Below, piece after piece: positions 20,963-31,059 of a DNA stretch of 63,264 nt. Numbering within the stretch: position 1 is the stretch's first letter; the number at the start of each line of letters is the position of its first letter. The DNA comes from Candidatus Poribacteria bacterium (GTDB lineage: Bacteria; Poribacteria; WGA-4E; UBA9662), in NCBI GenBank assembly GCA_036339735.1, contig JAYZAL010000053.1:1-63264 (forward strand), in the 5' to 3' direction. The notes under the pieces were generated by a model. That model was not told the origin of the DNA. It did no database searches and saw only the letters and a list, made by a program, of their open reading frames with translations. Both the position numbers and the translations under genes were made by a program.

Positions 20963-21871
20963 TTACTCTATTCCTGACATTTGTTCTAAAGCTAAGGTTA
21001 GAGCTTGTGTTCCCAAACGGCCATTTCCCTGTGCTTCTACGGCCAAATAAAGCTGATGAACTAAGGCTAGGCCAGGAAGGCTTAGCTTCATTTGTTTAGC
21101 CTCTACCAATGCAATCCCCATATCTTTGATAAAATGCTCAACGAAAAAACCTGGGTTGAAATCTCGTTTTAAGACACGAGGCGCCAAATTATCCAAGGAC
21201 CAGCAGCCAGCAGCCCCCTTACTGATAGTAGAAAGCATAGTCTCCAAATCGAGTCCAGCCTTGGCTCCATAAACTAGGGCTTCGCACACACCGATCATTG
21301 TACCAGCAATAGTGATTTGATTACACATCTTGGTATGTTGGCCTGCGCCTGCAGCACCTTGATAAACAATATTTTTACCCATGGCGGCAAATAGAGGTTG
21401 AACTGATTGAACGGCCGACTCATCCCCACCAATCATAATAGCAAGCCGGGCTTCCTTTGCTCCAACATCTCCGCCAGAAACAGGTGCATCGATAGCAAAA
21501 ACACCTTTCGTTTTTGCCTGTTCGTAGATATCCAACGCCAAAGATGGCTCTGTAGTGGTCATATCAACGACGATACTACCATTTCTTGCACCCGTTAAAA
21601 TTCCATTTTCTCCGAAGTAAACTTGCCGTACGTCATCGGGGAAACCAACAATGGTAAATATAACATCTGATTTCTCGGCGATCATTCGGGGCGAATCACC
21701 CCAGATGGCGCCATTACTGATTAACGAATCAGCTTTGGCCGGAGTTCTATTATAGACATTAGTCTGATAACCAAGATCCATAATATGCTGACACATCCAG
21801 CGCCCCATCACTCCCGTACCAACCCAGCCAATTGTGGTATGTTCGGCTGAAATCGAAGTCGGTTGCATCAT
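20963..21871 (-). CDS. 3-hydroxyisobutyrate dehydrogenase / tartronate semialdehyde reductase family
   Basis: GWVGTGVMG, DAPVSGGDVGA, GAGQHTKMCNQ, FIKDMGIAL. Confidence 0.93.
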   Translation of the reverse strand: MMQPTSISAEHTTIGWVGTGVMGRWMCQHIMDLGYQTNVYNRTPAKADSLISNGAIWGDSPRMIAEKSDVIFTIVGFPDDVRQVYFGENGILTGARNGSIVVDMTTTEPSLALDIYEQAKTKGVFAIDAPVSGGDVGAKEARLAIMIGGDESAVQSVQPLFAAMGKNIVYQGAAGAGQHTKMCNQITIAGTMIGVCEALVYGAKAGLDLETMLSTISKGAAGCWSLDNLAPRVLKRDFNPGFFVEHFIKDMGIALVEAKQMKLSLPGLALVHQLYLAVEAQGNGRLGTQALTLALEQMSGIE

Positions 21872-21907
21872 TTTGTCTCCCTGTTTATAAAATAGTAATT
21901 GATTTGC

Positions 21908-22777
21908 TCAGTTTAGTTCTAAATCCAAACTAATATCAAGAGGTAAAGATGAATGAGTTAGAGCACCAACAGAAATTAAGTCGACCCCCGTTTGAGCGAC
22001 GCCAACTACCCTCTCTAAAGTAATACCACCAGAGGCTTCAGTTAATGCTTTACCTTTGACCATATTCACCGCAGTCGTCATATCATCGTTACTCATATTG
22101 TCCAAGAGAATTATGTCAGCACCAGCATCAAGGCACTCAGGAATCTGAGATAAAGACTTGACCTCAACCTCAATTTTAAGCGTATGAGAGCCAACAGTTT
22201 TTGCTCTCGCGATTGCTGAACGAATCCCACCTGCGGCTACAATGTGGTTATCTTTAATTAGAATTCCGTCAAATAGACCCATGCGATGATTTTGACCACC
22301 ACCGATACGAACCGCATACTTCTGTAATGAACGCCAACCAGCGGTAGTTTTTCGAGTATCAATGATTTGGGCTGACGTATGTGAAACCGCTTCCACCAAC
22401 TGAGCGGTCAATGTTGCAACACCAGACAATCTTTGCAAAAAATTGAGTGCTGTTCGTTCACCCATGAGAATTGGTGGAATATAACCACTAACCTCAGCAA
22501 TAACAGTGTTAGCTGTAACAGACTCCCCATCTAAAACAGAAGGGGTGAAAGCTAATCTCGAATTCATATCAGTCAATGAAGTATGGGTTCTGGGTAAAGT
22601 TTGAAAAACGTATTCGGCAACTGGCAACCCAGCGATTCGCCCTGGACTTTTAGCTAAAATTACCCCTCGCCCCTTGAGATCAGAAGGTACTGTCGCTAAT
22701 GTAGTCACATCACCGGAACCAATGTCCTCCGCCCAAGCTAGATCTACCAAGGTTGATAATGACTTCCAATCCAGCAT
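21908..22777 (-). CDS. nadC: Nicotinate-nucleotide pyrophosphorylase (quinolinate phosphoribosyltransferase)
   Basis: EDIGSGDVTT, ERTALNFLQRLSGVAT, DTRKT, HRMGLFDGILIKDNH, LLDNM, EASGGIT, ISVGALTHS. Confidence 0.97.
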   Translation of the reverse strand: MLDWKSLSTLVDLAWAEDIGSGDVTTLATVPSDLKGRGVILAKSPGRIAGLPVAEYVFQTLPRTHTSLTDMNSRLAFTPSVLDGESVTANTVIAEVSGYIPPILMGERTALNFLQRLSGVATLTAQLVEAVSHTSAQIIDTRKTTAGWRSLQKYAVRIGGGQNHRMGLFDGILIKDNHIVAAGGIRSAIARAKTVGSHTLKIEVEVKSLSQIPECLDAGADIILLDNMSNDDMTTAVNMVKGKALTEASGGITLERVVGVAQTGVDLISVGALTHSSLPLDISLDLELN

Positions 22778-22784
22778 GGATATC

Positions 22785-24623
22785 TTATTCTACCCCCTTA
22801 GGTTCGATTGTTATGAGATTTTTTATTTCATCGAATCGAACACGACCAATTCCTTTAACTTTCATCAGTTCGTCAAGGTTCGTATACGGACGTGCTTCAA
22901 CTATCCGATTAGCCATCTCTACACCTATTCCTGGTAACATTACTAATTCCTCCACAGTCGCAGTATTCAGGTTAATACCGTGTAAGACTGAGCTTACTAA
23001 GTAATCCGCGATCTTATCGCTCAAAATAGGTATATCATCGTTTCCTATCAATGGTTGACTTTCTTCCATCGCAGCTTTCAGGCTTTGATCTATCATTGCA
23101 GATACAAATGGGTGCCTATCCAAAGTATTCGAATCGATGGTCAAGGCAGCGGCAAGTGCTGATTTGCCGGCCGTTCTAGTTCCCCCTTGCTGTGCTAATA
23201 AATCAGCAACCAAAAACAAATTTTGCTGGATAATTTTTTGTAAAGGTTCTATGACTTCGACTGCATAAGATTTGTATATTTGGCGTTTTTCTAACTCTAG
23301 CCGTTTACCAACTGTTTTTTTTGAATTACGACTCAATCTTAGCCCATACCGGCGGGTCTTGTTCGATCGATCAGGCCAATGCAGGAAGGCTTCTGAAGTT
23401 ATCAGATGGGCTGAAGTCTCAACTAGTTTCTTATCTTTAGCTATTGCTTCAACGTCCCAACCATATTCAGACCATTTTGGTAGATGTGGAGTTGGAGAAA
23501 GGTCTTGATCACCAAAAAAGTATTTTAGTAAGAAAAAGTTAGCTGGCACCGCGTTTTTGGTTATCTGATTATTGAATAGTGCATCACGTATCATGGTCAT
23601 AGCATAATCAAAGCTAACCTCAACATATCCAACCTCCTGAACAATTGATTTCATCAAATCATCAAATTCAGTCTCTGTTTGTTGGTCAACACCAAAGCAA
23701 TCAACTATACCAGAGGTTGTCTTCACCATTAAGTTAACAGTGTCAATCCGTTCAGTTTCCTCTGAACGGCGGGAGAACAGAATAATGCGACTTCCCATAT
23801 TATCAAAATGAGTAATCAGGACTTTGAAAATTGCCCCCAAGCTAACTCTAGAATGAGGAGATTTCTGTTTCGGTTGGATCTCCATCATAGACAGGAATTG
23901 AATCGCCTTGCTAATTTCGTGTTGTAAGTAGGTCGATTGTATTTCTTCTTTTAATCTGATCAAAGCTGAAAGTGCGACTGGACTTTTAACTTTTCCCAAA
24001 TAATAGACTGCTAATTCAGCTGTTCCATCTTGTTCTTGAAGAACAATGATATTTAGAAAATCAACTACCCTCGGATCTTTAGTCCTACCAAAATGCTTAA
24101 TGAACGACAACTGGGCTTCAAGCGGGAAAGCTGAGTAACTATCGGTCAAAAACGCAAGAGTTTCTGCTTTTTTTGCTCCACCTAAAGAATCTAGAATATC
24201 CTCAGTACTCTGATGAATCACGTTTGCAATGTCACCAAAAGCGGACTCGAAAATATGAGCAAAATCAGGATCATTCGGTTGAATATCATAACTAACGAAG
24301 GTCGGAATTAAAGCATATTTGACAGCCGGCTGGACCTGTGGATCCGTCAGAATATTGACCAAATAAAGCAGAATACTATCGTCCTGCAGAAAGGATAAGG
24401 CATAGGCAATTAACTGAATTTCCCTATCACTAGTGGTTTTGACTAATCGGTCCACTAAAATTGGGCAAATATCGTAGTCTAAGCGCATCATTTCTTCCAA
24501 AATTTGATCAACCTCCCAGTTTTTTATCTCAGGGTCAGCTAATATACGGTTAATCAGACTTAGGACTTGACGCCGATGGAATAATGTATAGTCAATTTCA
24601 GGCAAAGTGTGGGGTGTACTCAT
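22785..24623 (-). CDS. HEAT-like alpha-helical protein with C-terminal ComEA-type helix-hairpin-helix domain
   Basis: C-terminus INLNTATVEELVMLPGIGVEMANRIVEARPYTNLDELMKVKGIG; HEAT-like ELAVYYLGKVKSPVALSALIRL; no signal peptide. Confidence 0.75.
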   Translation of the reverse strand: MSTPHTLPEIDYTLFHRRQVLSLINRILADPEIKNWEVDQILEEMMRLDYDICPILVDRLVKTTSDREIQLIAYALSFLQDDSILLYLVNILTDPQVQPAVKYALIPTFVSYDIQPNDPDFAHIFESAFGDIANVIHQSTEDILDSLGGAKKAETLAFLTDSYSAFPLEAQLSFIKHFGRTKDPRVVDFLNIIVLQEQDGTAELAVYYLGKVKSPVALSALIRLKEEIQSTYLQHEISKAIQFLSMMEIQPKQKSPHSRVSLGAIFKVLITHFDNMGSRIILFSRRSEETERIDTVNLMVKTTSGIVDCFGVDQQTETEFDDLMKSIVQEVGYVEVSFDYAMTMIRDALFNNQITKNAVPANFFLLKYFFGDQDLSPTPHLPKWSEYGWDVEAIAKDKKLVETSAHLITSEAFLHWPDRSNKTRRYGLRLSRNSKKTVGKRLELEKRQIYKSYAVEVIEPLQKIIQQNLFLVADLLAQQGGTRTAGKSALAAALTIDSNTLDRHPFVSAMIDQSLKAAMEESQPLIGNDDIPILSDKIADYLVSSVLHGINLNTATVEELVMLPGIGVEMANRIVEARPYTNLDELMKVKGIGRVRFDEIKNLITIEPKGVE

Positions 24624-24652
24624 CAGATGGTTTTGTGGGGATCAGAGGAGCC

Positions 24653-24681
24653 AAAATACCATTTTCAACTTCTCTTGTCAA
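24653..24681 (-). promoter_or_regulatory. Sigma70-type promoter
   Basis: Minus strand reads TTGACA-N17-TATTTT, with TG before the -10, about 30 nt upstream of the ATG at 24623. Confidence 0.5.
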
Positions 24682-24738
24682 GATAGGATTGCTTGTTTGT
24701 TAAATACAAATGAGCCCAAGAGAGGAAGCTTGCAAGGT

Positions 24739-25317
24739 TCAAGGTGTGTACCGCAAGAAACAATCAAATTGTTTTCTTTTGGGTTCAGGTGTAACTTGAG
24801 GGTAACCCATATAAAGAAAACCCACCATATACTCGTTGTCAAAATCTATTCCTAACAGTTGATAAGTATTTGGCTCTAGAGTGATAGGGCCTGTACTCCA
24901 TTGTATTCCAACGCCAATCGACCAAGCAGCTAGTTGAATATTTTGAATGGCACAACAAACAGCAGCATAATCCTCCCGCTGGCGTTGCGAGTCCCCTTCT
25001 TGCAGAGAAGAAATAGCCACAATTGTTGGTTTTGAAATGAATTTGCGATAACCAGCATCAGCAATTAGTTGCTTCTGCTCCTCCGTTAATTCGTTATTTT
25101 TCAGTATAGCTTTATCAACCTGAATTTGGCGATATCTTTGAGCCAAAGTCTCTTTAGTATTTTGCCCCAAAACTATGAAACGCCATGGTTCCGTGAGGTG
25201 ATGGTTTGGAGCCCAGATTCCGTAAGATAAAATCTGTTCTAGATTATCATCTGAAATGGAATCTGGCTTAAAGCGAAAAATAGTTCGACGAGATCTAATT
25301 GCTTCCGTTACAATCAT
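24739..25317 (-). CDS. Nitroreductase family protein
   Basis: IRSRRTIFRF, WAPNHHLTEPWRF, AIQNIQLAAW, GFLYMGYP. Confidence 0.92.
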   Translation of the reverse strand: MIVTEAIRSRRTIFRFKPDSISDDNLEQILSYGIWAPNHHLTEPWRFIVLGQNTKETLAQRYRQIQVDKAILKNNELTEEQKQLIADAGYRKFISKPTIVAISSLQEGDSQRQREDYAAVCCAIQNIQLAAWSIGVGIQWSTGPITLEPNTYQLLGIDFDNEYMVGFLYMGYPQVTPEPKRKQFDCFLRYTP

Positions 25318-25344
25318 TTTTTATCCTTACATTTTTGGCCAAGA

Positions 25345-26169
25345 CTAAAAATCAATTAACATTTTTTGTTTCTTTTCTTGGGTAAGCGGACTTCCGTATT
25401 CACAAGCTTCAAATGCCTCAGCATATCGAATCTGAGAGCCTTTTTTCTCACCATAAGTAGAAACTAATATCTCCCTGTATTGCTCTGCAATTCGTTCAAA
25501 ACCTTTTAAACGTTGATTAGCCAACCATTGTCGTCGATCGGCTTCTAAGGCCGGCACTTGTTCTATTATACCTGCATTGTAAGGTAACCATTCGTAGAAT
25601 TGAGATTGGTGGCAATGCATCATATCGAGCTTTTGGCCGATGACATCATCAATACCAATTACTACATCAGCTTGAAACGGATTAGGTTTAGTAAATGCAT
25701 CACTCAGATAAAGAATAGTCGGGTTATAGTCTAGGCTTGGCACAAGTCGACAAATATTGGGAACCGTAACCATATAAGCGGCATCCTGAACTAAGATCGA
25801 TGTATATCTGTGGTCAGGGTGATAGTCGTTGGGCCGATGAGTCAGGATTAAATCTGGCTGAAATTGACGAATTAGCTTAATGATCTGAAGACGATTTTCT
25901 AGTTTTGGTTCTAAAAAGCCATCTTGGTTATCTAATAGTTCGTATTCAATACCAATTATATTAGCTGCCGCTTGAGCTTCAGCTTGTCGTCGAATTGCTA
26001 GAGGTGCTCCACCCATTTGGTGATGACCAGCGTCTCCATTCGTTACAGAAACAAATTTGACTTGGTGCCCCTTTTGAGCGTACAAAGTAGCTAATCCACC
26101 CGCTTTGATATCGCAGTCGTCAGGATGTGCACCAAAAACTAACAGTTTGTATTTTTCTTTGTGTGTCAT
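25345..26169 (-). CDS. PIG-L/LmbE family deacetylase
   Basis: GAHPDD, VTNGDAG, THRPNDYHPDH, HQSQF, AEAF. Confidence 0.93.
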   Translation of the reverse strand: MTHKEKYKLLVFGAHPDDCDIKAGGLATLYAQKGHQVKFVSVTNGDAGHHQMGGAPLAIRRQAEAQAAANIIGIEYELLDNQDGFLEPKLENRLQIIKLIRQFQPDLILTHRPNDYHPDHRYTSILVQDAAYMVTVPNICRLVPSLDYNPTILYLSDAFTKPNPFQADVVIGIDDVIGQKLDMMHCHQSQFYEWLPYNAGIIEQVPALEADRRQWLANQRLKGFERIAEQYREILVSTYGEKKGSQIRYAEAFEACEYGSPLTQEKKQKMLIDF

Positions 26170-26230
26170 CAGTAGTCCACTAACTCTTTAGGAATTACTA
26201 GGTAAAAAGGAACTAACAGAAGTTACCAAA

Positions 26231-26286
26231 ATTGGCGTCAAGCTCGACTTTGCCTGAAAAATAACTTCAATCAGCTTGACGCCAAT
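26231..26286 (-). terminator. 14-bp perfect inverted repeat, probable terminator or stabilising stem after the Gfo/Idh/MocA gene
   Basis: ATTGGCGTCAAGCT (26231-26244) and AGCTTGACGCCAAT (26273-26286) with a 28-nt spacer; short T-run follows on the minus strand. Confidence 0.55.
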
Positions 26287-26312
26287 CAAAAACGAATTAC
26301 TCCTATAATTGG

Positions 26313-27272
26313 TTATATATCAATTGCCTTGCCAGTTTCAAACGATTTACTGGCTGCCAGCATAATTTTTTGAGTTTCAAGGGCATCGCTATAAGGGGAC
26401 AAGATTTGTGATCGGTCACCAGTTTTCACAGCATCAATAAACACTCGATCTCGGTCTTGTCCTTCTTCACCTGATAATTTTTCAGTTTCACCTTCACGAT
26501 TGATCTCATTAGATCCACCAACAGTTATGACCAAGCCGCGACAAAAAACCTCTAGGTGTACACGTCCCCATCCTTGCATAGCACAACAAGAAACAATATT
26601 AGCAATCGATCCATTTTCAAACTCGATATTAACCATACTGAGATCGTCAACATCGTAGTTAGGGATATCCAGCATACTACCGCTGGTAGCAACACCGTGA
26701 ACTGTTTTACCATTACCTAGGAGGAAACGAGCTAAATCGAAAATGTGTGTTGTTTGTTCTACGTGTTGACCTCCAGACTCAGCACGAACACGCCACCAAG
26801 GTGTTCCAGGCAGGCCTCCCATCCAATAGCCGAGAGCTCCCAAAACTTGAGGTTCGTCTGCTAGAATTTTCTTTGCCTGTTGCGCATTACCTCCGTACCG
26901 CCAGTGGTATCCTACACTTGTAGTTATATCATACCGATCAATGTATTCATTGATTATGATAGCTTGTTCCATGTCAATAGCAATCGGCTTTTCAATGAAC
27001 ATGGGTACTCCACTTTCACACGCAATTTGTTCTTGCTCACCATGGGCGAAAGGAGGAGTACAAATGTAAACAGCATCTAAATTTTCTTTATCAAACATTT
27101 GTCGATAATCAGTATACGGTGTACCACCATACTCTTCGGAGCGAGCTTTAGAGCGATCTTCAGACACATCGCACATGGCAGCAAACTCCACATCGTCAAA
27201 TTTGGCAATATTGCTCATATGTGCTCCGGCAATTCCGCCTGTTCCAATAAAACCAACCTTTACTTTTTCCAT
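26313..27272 (-). CDS. Gfo/Idh/MocA family oxidoreductase
   Basis: VGFIGTGGIA, DAVYICTPPFAH, FIEKPIA, VGYHWRY, GGQHVEQTTHIFD. Confidence 0.95.
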   Translation of the reverse strand: MEKVKVGFIGTGGIAGAHMSNIAKFDDVEFAAMCDVSEDRSKARSEEYGGTPYTDYRQMFDKENLDAVYICTPPFAHGEQEQIACESGVPMFIEKPIAIDMEQAIIINEYIDRYDITTSVGYHWRYGGNAQQAKKILADEPQVLGALGYWMGGLPGTPWWRVRAESGGQHVEQTTHIFDLARFLLGNGKTVHGVATSGSMLDIPNYDVDDLSMVNIEFENGSIANIVSCCAMQGWGRVHLEVFCRGLVITVGGSNEINREGETEKLSGEEGQDRDRVFIDAVKTGDRSQILSPYSDALETQKIMLAASKSFETGKAIDI

Positions 27273-27285
27273 TTTTGATGACTCC

Positions 27286-27327
27286 TTATGCGTTCAAATG
27301 AGAATGTTATGCGTTCAAATGAGAATG
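27286..27327. repeat. Perfect 21-bp tandem duplication (2 copies)
   Basis: TTATGCGTTCAAATGAGAATG at 27286-27306 and 27307-27327. Confidence 0.95.
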
Positions 27328-27331
27328 GTGC

Positions 27332-27360
27332 ATCTTACACCAATCTATTACCAAAATCAA
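27332..27360 (-). promoter_or_regulatory. Sigma70-type promoter for the Gfo/Idh/MocA gene
   Basis: Minus strand reads TTGATT-N17-TAAGAT. Confidence 0.4.
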
Positions 27361-27413
27361 AGTAAAATCACCAGAATTGACCACGACAATGATATGCATA
27401 TTTTCAGGTCAGG

Positions 27414-27422
27414 TGTTATAAT
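27414..27422 (+). promoter_or_regulatory. Extended -10 element for the PhyH-SDR-sulfatase operon
   Basis: TGTTATAAT about 60 nt upstream of the ATG at 27483. Confidence 0.5.
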
Positions 27423-27482
27423 GCCAGTAGACTTTAGGAAGGAGGCAATCGTTTAAAAACGATTAATTTTAGTTCATAGCTT

Positions 27483-28346
27483 ATGGTAGATAAATCTCAA
27501 GTTTCTTTTTTTCAGGAAAACGGCTATTTGTCGTATGGATCAGTTTTACAGATGAGTGAAGTCGAAGAATTGCGGAGAGATTTAGACAAGGTAATCCAGA
27601 TAGAACTTGACGGTGGCGACGATACTGAGCCGGAGTTCCGATATGGTCATCGGCGGAATAATGAAGATGAAGTGGGTGCAATTACTCAGTTTGTAAACAT
27701 GTGGAAGCGTCAACCAAGCTACGAGCGACTATTGCACCACCCAATCATTTCTGAAGCAGCCCGTGCTTTGTTAGGTGTGAAACGAGTGCGATTGTGGCAC
27801 GATCAAATCATCTCTAAACCACCAAAAGACAACGGAAAATTCAGTTTCCATCAAGATTTTTACTTCTGGCCTTTGGATCACCCCCGAATTGTGACTTGTT
27901 GGTTAGCCCTAGACGATGCGAATATCGACAGTGGTTGCATGCATGTTATACCGCGTAGTCACATTGATGAAAAGTTCGGTCCTGTAGCTAGAGCTGAAGG
28001 GACTTACAAAACAGAAAGGGAACTTATTAGTCAGAAAGACATCGATTTTGGTACACCAGTTGAACTGATGGCCGGAGAATGTATGTTTCATCATTGCCTC
28101 AATTTTCACGCTACACCACCAAATGTTACTAATCAACAAAGAAGAGCACATATTATGATTTTTATGGCTGAGGGGACTAAAGTTAACTTGTCCCAATCAG
28201 CTAATCACGTTCTCGTGCCTCGATTTGAAGTTGACGATGGCCAAGAGTTAATTGGTAGTGGCTTTCCACTTTCAGAACCAGAAACATGGAGTAACTGGAG
28301 AGTTGAGAAAGCCTTTGCTAACAAAAACGAAATTCGCCAAAATTAG
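27483..28346 (+). CDS. Phytanoyl-CoA dioxygenase (PhyH) family protein
   Basis: FFQENGY, HDQIISKPP, FHQDFYFW, WLALDDA, GCMHVIPRSH, FHHCLNFHAT, RRA. Confidence 0.93.
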   Translation: MVDKSQVSFFQENGYLSYGSVLQMSEVEELRRDLDKVIQIELDGGDDTEPEFRYGHRRNNEDEVGAITQFVNMWKRQPSYERLLHHPIISEAARALLGVKRVRLWHDQIISKPPKDNGKFSFHQDFYFWPLDHPRIVTCWLALDDANIDSGCMHVIPRSHIDEKFGPVARAEGTYKTERELISQKDIDFGTPVELMAGECMFHHCLNFHATPPNVTNQQRRAHIMIFMAEGTKVNLSQSANHVLVPRFEVDDGQELIGSGFPLSEPETWSNWRVEKAFANKNEIRQN

Positions 28347-28355
28347 AGGTTTGAG

Positions 28356-29066
28356 ATGGCAAGTAAAATAGCGATTGTAACCGGTGCTTCCCGTGGTGTA
28401 GGACGAGCAACAGCAACTAAATTAGCTAGGGCCGGAATCTTTGTTTTCTTGGCTGCTCGTAATGTAGATGATTTGAATCAGGTTGCTAAGGAAATTAATA
28501 ATGACACGGGAAATGCTTTAGCAATTCCAACAGATGTAACTCAAGCTCAGTCGGTGCAGAATTTAGTGGATCAAGTTGTCAAGGAAACTGGACAAATCGA
28601 TTTACTTATCAATAATGCGGGAGTAGGGATTTTTGAATCGGTAGTTGACTCTGATCCTGACAAATGGCAATCAGTTATTCAATCCAATTTGACTAGTATT
28701 TATCTGTGTTCTAAAGCTGTCTTACCAACTATGCTAGATCAAAAATCAGGCCAAATTATTAACATTTTATCGGTAGCAGCTCAAATTCCTTTTCCATTCG
28801 CTAGTGCTTACTGTGCAGCCAAGGCTGGAGCCTTAGCTTTGAGTAACGTATTGCGAGAAGAAGTGAGATCGGAAGGTGTTCGAGTAACTGCAGTTCTACC
28901 AGGTTCTATTAACTCTAGCTTTTGGGATAAAATGGAACAACACCCGGATCTTGACTTAATGCTAAAACCACATCATTTGGCTGATACAATTTTGCAACTG
29001 GCAATGTCGCCAGTTGACATGACAGTAGAATCTGTTACCGTCACCCCACCGCTTGGTATATTGTAA
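28356..29066 (+). CDS. Short-chain dehydrogenase/reductase
   Basis: TGASRGVG, NNAGVG, YxxxK (YCAAK). Confidence 0.95.
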   Translation: MASKIAIVTGASRGVGRATATKLARAGIFVFLAARNVDDLNQVAKEINNDTGNALAIPTDVTQAQSVQNLVDQVVKETGQIDLLINNAGVGIFESVVDSDPDKWQSVIQSNLTSIYLCSKAVLPTMLDQKSGQIINILSVAAQIPFPFASAYCAAKAGALALSNVLREEVRSEGVRVTAVLPGSINSSFWDKMEQHPDLDLMLKPHHLADTILQLAMSPVDMTVESVTVTPPLGIL

Positions 29067-29099
29067 ATTTGAGGCTCTAAATCCTACGAATTCAGAGTT

Positions 29100-30494
29100 A
29101 TGAAAAAACCGAATGTGATCTTCTTTTTTACCGATGATCAGCGTTTTGATACTATCAGAGGATTGAATAACCCACACATCAAAACACCTAATCTTGACGG
29201 GTTAATCCGTCGGGGAACAGCATTCACGAATGCGTATATTATGGGTGGCTCATCGGGGGCTGTCTGTATGCCAAGCCGTAGCATGTTGCATACAGGTCGG
29301 TCATTATATCGTATTCGAGGTCAGGGAGAAGACATAGATCCTGAGCACATTACCCTTGGACAAGTTCTACAAGAATCTGGCTATACTTGTTTTGGTACAG
29401 GTAAATGGCACAATGGTTCGGCGTCTTTTTCTCGTAGCTTCAACACGGGTGCTGAAATCTTCTTTGGTGGTATGAGCGACCACTGGAATGTGCCAGCCTG
29501 TGATTTTGATCCTAGTGGAGAATACCCCAAAAGCCCCAAAATCAGTAATCCATACGTCGACAATATAGTGAGTTGGCATCATTGTGATCACGTCACGGCA
29601 GGCAAACACTCGACTGATTTGTTTGCCGATGTAACCTGCGAATTTCTTCGACGGCACAATAGCAAACAAAATCCATTTTTTGCCTATGTTTCTTTTATGG
29701 CTCCGCATGACCCCCGTAGTATGCCTTCAGAATTCCGAGAACTGTACGATCCTGATTTGGTTGAATTGCCCGAAAATTTCACATCGCAACACCCATTTGA
29801 TAATGGTTGGATGACTGGTAGAGATGAGCAACTAGCTAACTTCCCTCGGACGAGAACCGAGGTACAAAGGCATCTTTCTGAATATTATGCCATGATTACT
29901 CACTTAGATACCGGCATTGGTCGAATTATTGATACACTAGTTGAGCAAAAAGTTTTGGACGAAACAATCATAATTTTTACTAGTGATAATGGCTTAGCTG
30001 TTGGACAACATGGTCTGATGGGAAAACAAAATTTGTATGATCACAGTATTCACGTTCCACTAATCATGGCTGGTCCTGGTATTCCATCAGGACAAAAGCG
30101 AGATAGCCTGGTCTACCTGATCGATATTTTCCCCACGTTGTGTGATTTGCTTGAATTGTCAATTCCACAAACAGTAGAGGGCTGTAGCCTGTATCCTACA
30201 TTTAATGATTCAGAAAAACGAATCCGAAATTATCTGCATTTCGCCTTTCAAAATGTACAAAGAGGTATACGAGACGAACGGTACAAACTAATCGAGTATG
30301 TAGTCAATGGCTCTCACCGTAAAACACAACTGTTTGATATGATCAGGGACCCAAAAGAGCTTCATAATCTGGCTAGTGATACAAATCGTAGTGAAGTTTT
30401 ACATAACCTGAGAAATCAGCTCAAAAAATGGAAAACGACCTACGACGATACACGCGAACAGGGCCAGTCTTTCTGGTCATCATACCCTTACTAG
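29100..30494 (+). CDS. Formylglycine-dependent sulfatase (choline-sulfatase-like)
   Basis: KPNVIFFFTDDQ, CxPxR (CMPSR), GKWH, APHDP, SDNG, GKQNLY. Confidence 0.95.
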   Translation: MKKPNVIFFFTDDQRFDTIRGLNNPHIKTPNLDGLIRRGTAFTNAYIMGGSSGAVCMPSRSMLHTGRSLYRIRGQGEDIDPEHITLGQVLQESGYTCFGTGKWHNGSASFSRSFNTGAEIFFGGMSDHWNVPACDFDPSGEYPKSPKISNPYVDNIVSWHHCDHVTAGKHSTDLFADVTCEFLRRHNSKQNPFFAYVSFMAPHDPRSMPSEFRELYDPDLVELPENFTSQHPFDNGWMTGRDEQLANFPRTRTEVQRHLSEYYAMITHLDTGIGRIIDTLVEQKVLDETIIIFTSDNGLAVGQHGLMGKQNLYDHSIHVPLIMAGPGIPSGQKRDSLVYLIDIFPTLCDLLELSIPQTVEGCSLYPTFNDSEKRIRNYLHFAFQNVQRGIRDERYKLIEYVVNGSHRKTQLFDMIRDPKELHNLASDTNRSEVLHNLRNQLKKWKTTYDDTREQGQSFWSSYPY

Positions 30495-31059
30495 TCAAGT
30501 ATGAATTAATCTTAGTAGCTTGAAAACAAAAGATTCATTGATTAGCAGAAGAGTAACTCACCCTGCATTCTCTGGAAGAAGATGAGTAGTTTATTCAAAA
30601 AATTGGAGTGCTTCAACCCAATTCTTATCGATTACTTATCGTAATTTTTTTGGCCTACTGCCTGTCGACCTCATATTTCCCAGAGTTTTTAAACTGAGGG
30701 ATACTGAGAACATATTTACCTACCTCAGTTTTTAAATTTATGAATACTAGATTTTTGTTTATGAATGTAAACTAATTAATTTATTGTTACTTTAATTACT
30801 TTTACAAACTGATACTCTATATTTCATATGCCGATGTACAATGCACTTTCACTTTCTGAAAAATGTCATTAACAATATACGCCTCGTACTGGGTCAACCC
30901 TTCAGTTTGATCTTTTTTTGAAATTGGCTTAACTTCTAAGAGAAGATAACAAAATTACATGACTGCTAGCGCCAATAGAAAAAAATCGCACGGAAAACTA
31001 AGGTACGTGTTAAGAGAAGAATATCGAACTACCAATTATTTACTCATAGGAGAACTATC

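Noticed and set aside
27286-27327. 21-bp repeat as a CRISPR array
   Set aside because: Only two adjacent copies, no spacers, no cas genes.
30582-30644. Short ORF (MSSLFKKLECFNPILIDYLS) as a RiPP precursor for the AsnB/radical SAM/halogenase unit
   Set aside because: No properly spaced RBS, no leader/core pattern, and no RRE or peptidase nearby. The other short ORF starting at 30959 overlaps the AsnB-like start and looks random.
30691-30731. 9-bp inverted repeat AAACTGAGG/CCTCAGTTT in the spacer before the three-gene unit
   Set aside because: Short with a 23-nt loop; it could be a weak terminator but is insufficient to call an element end or operator.
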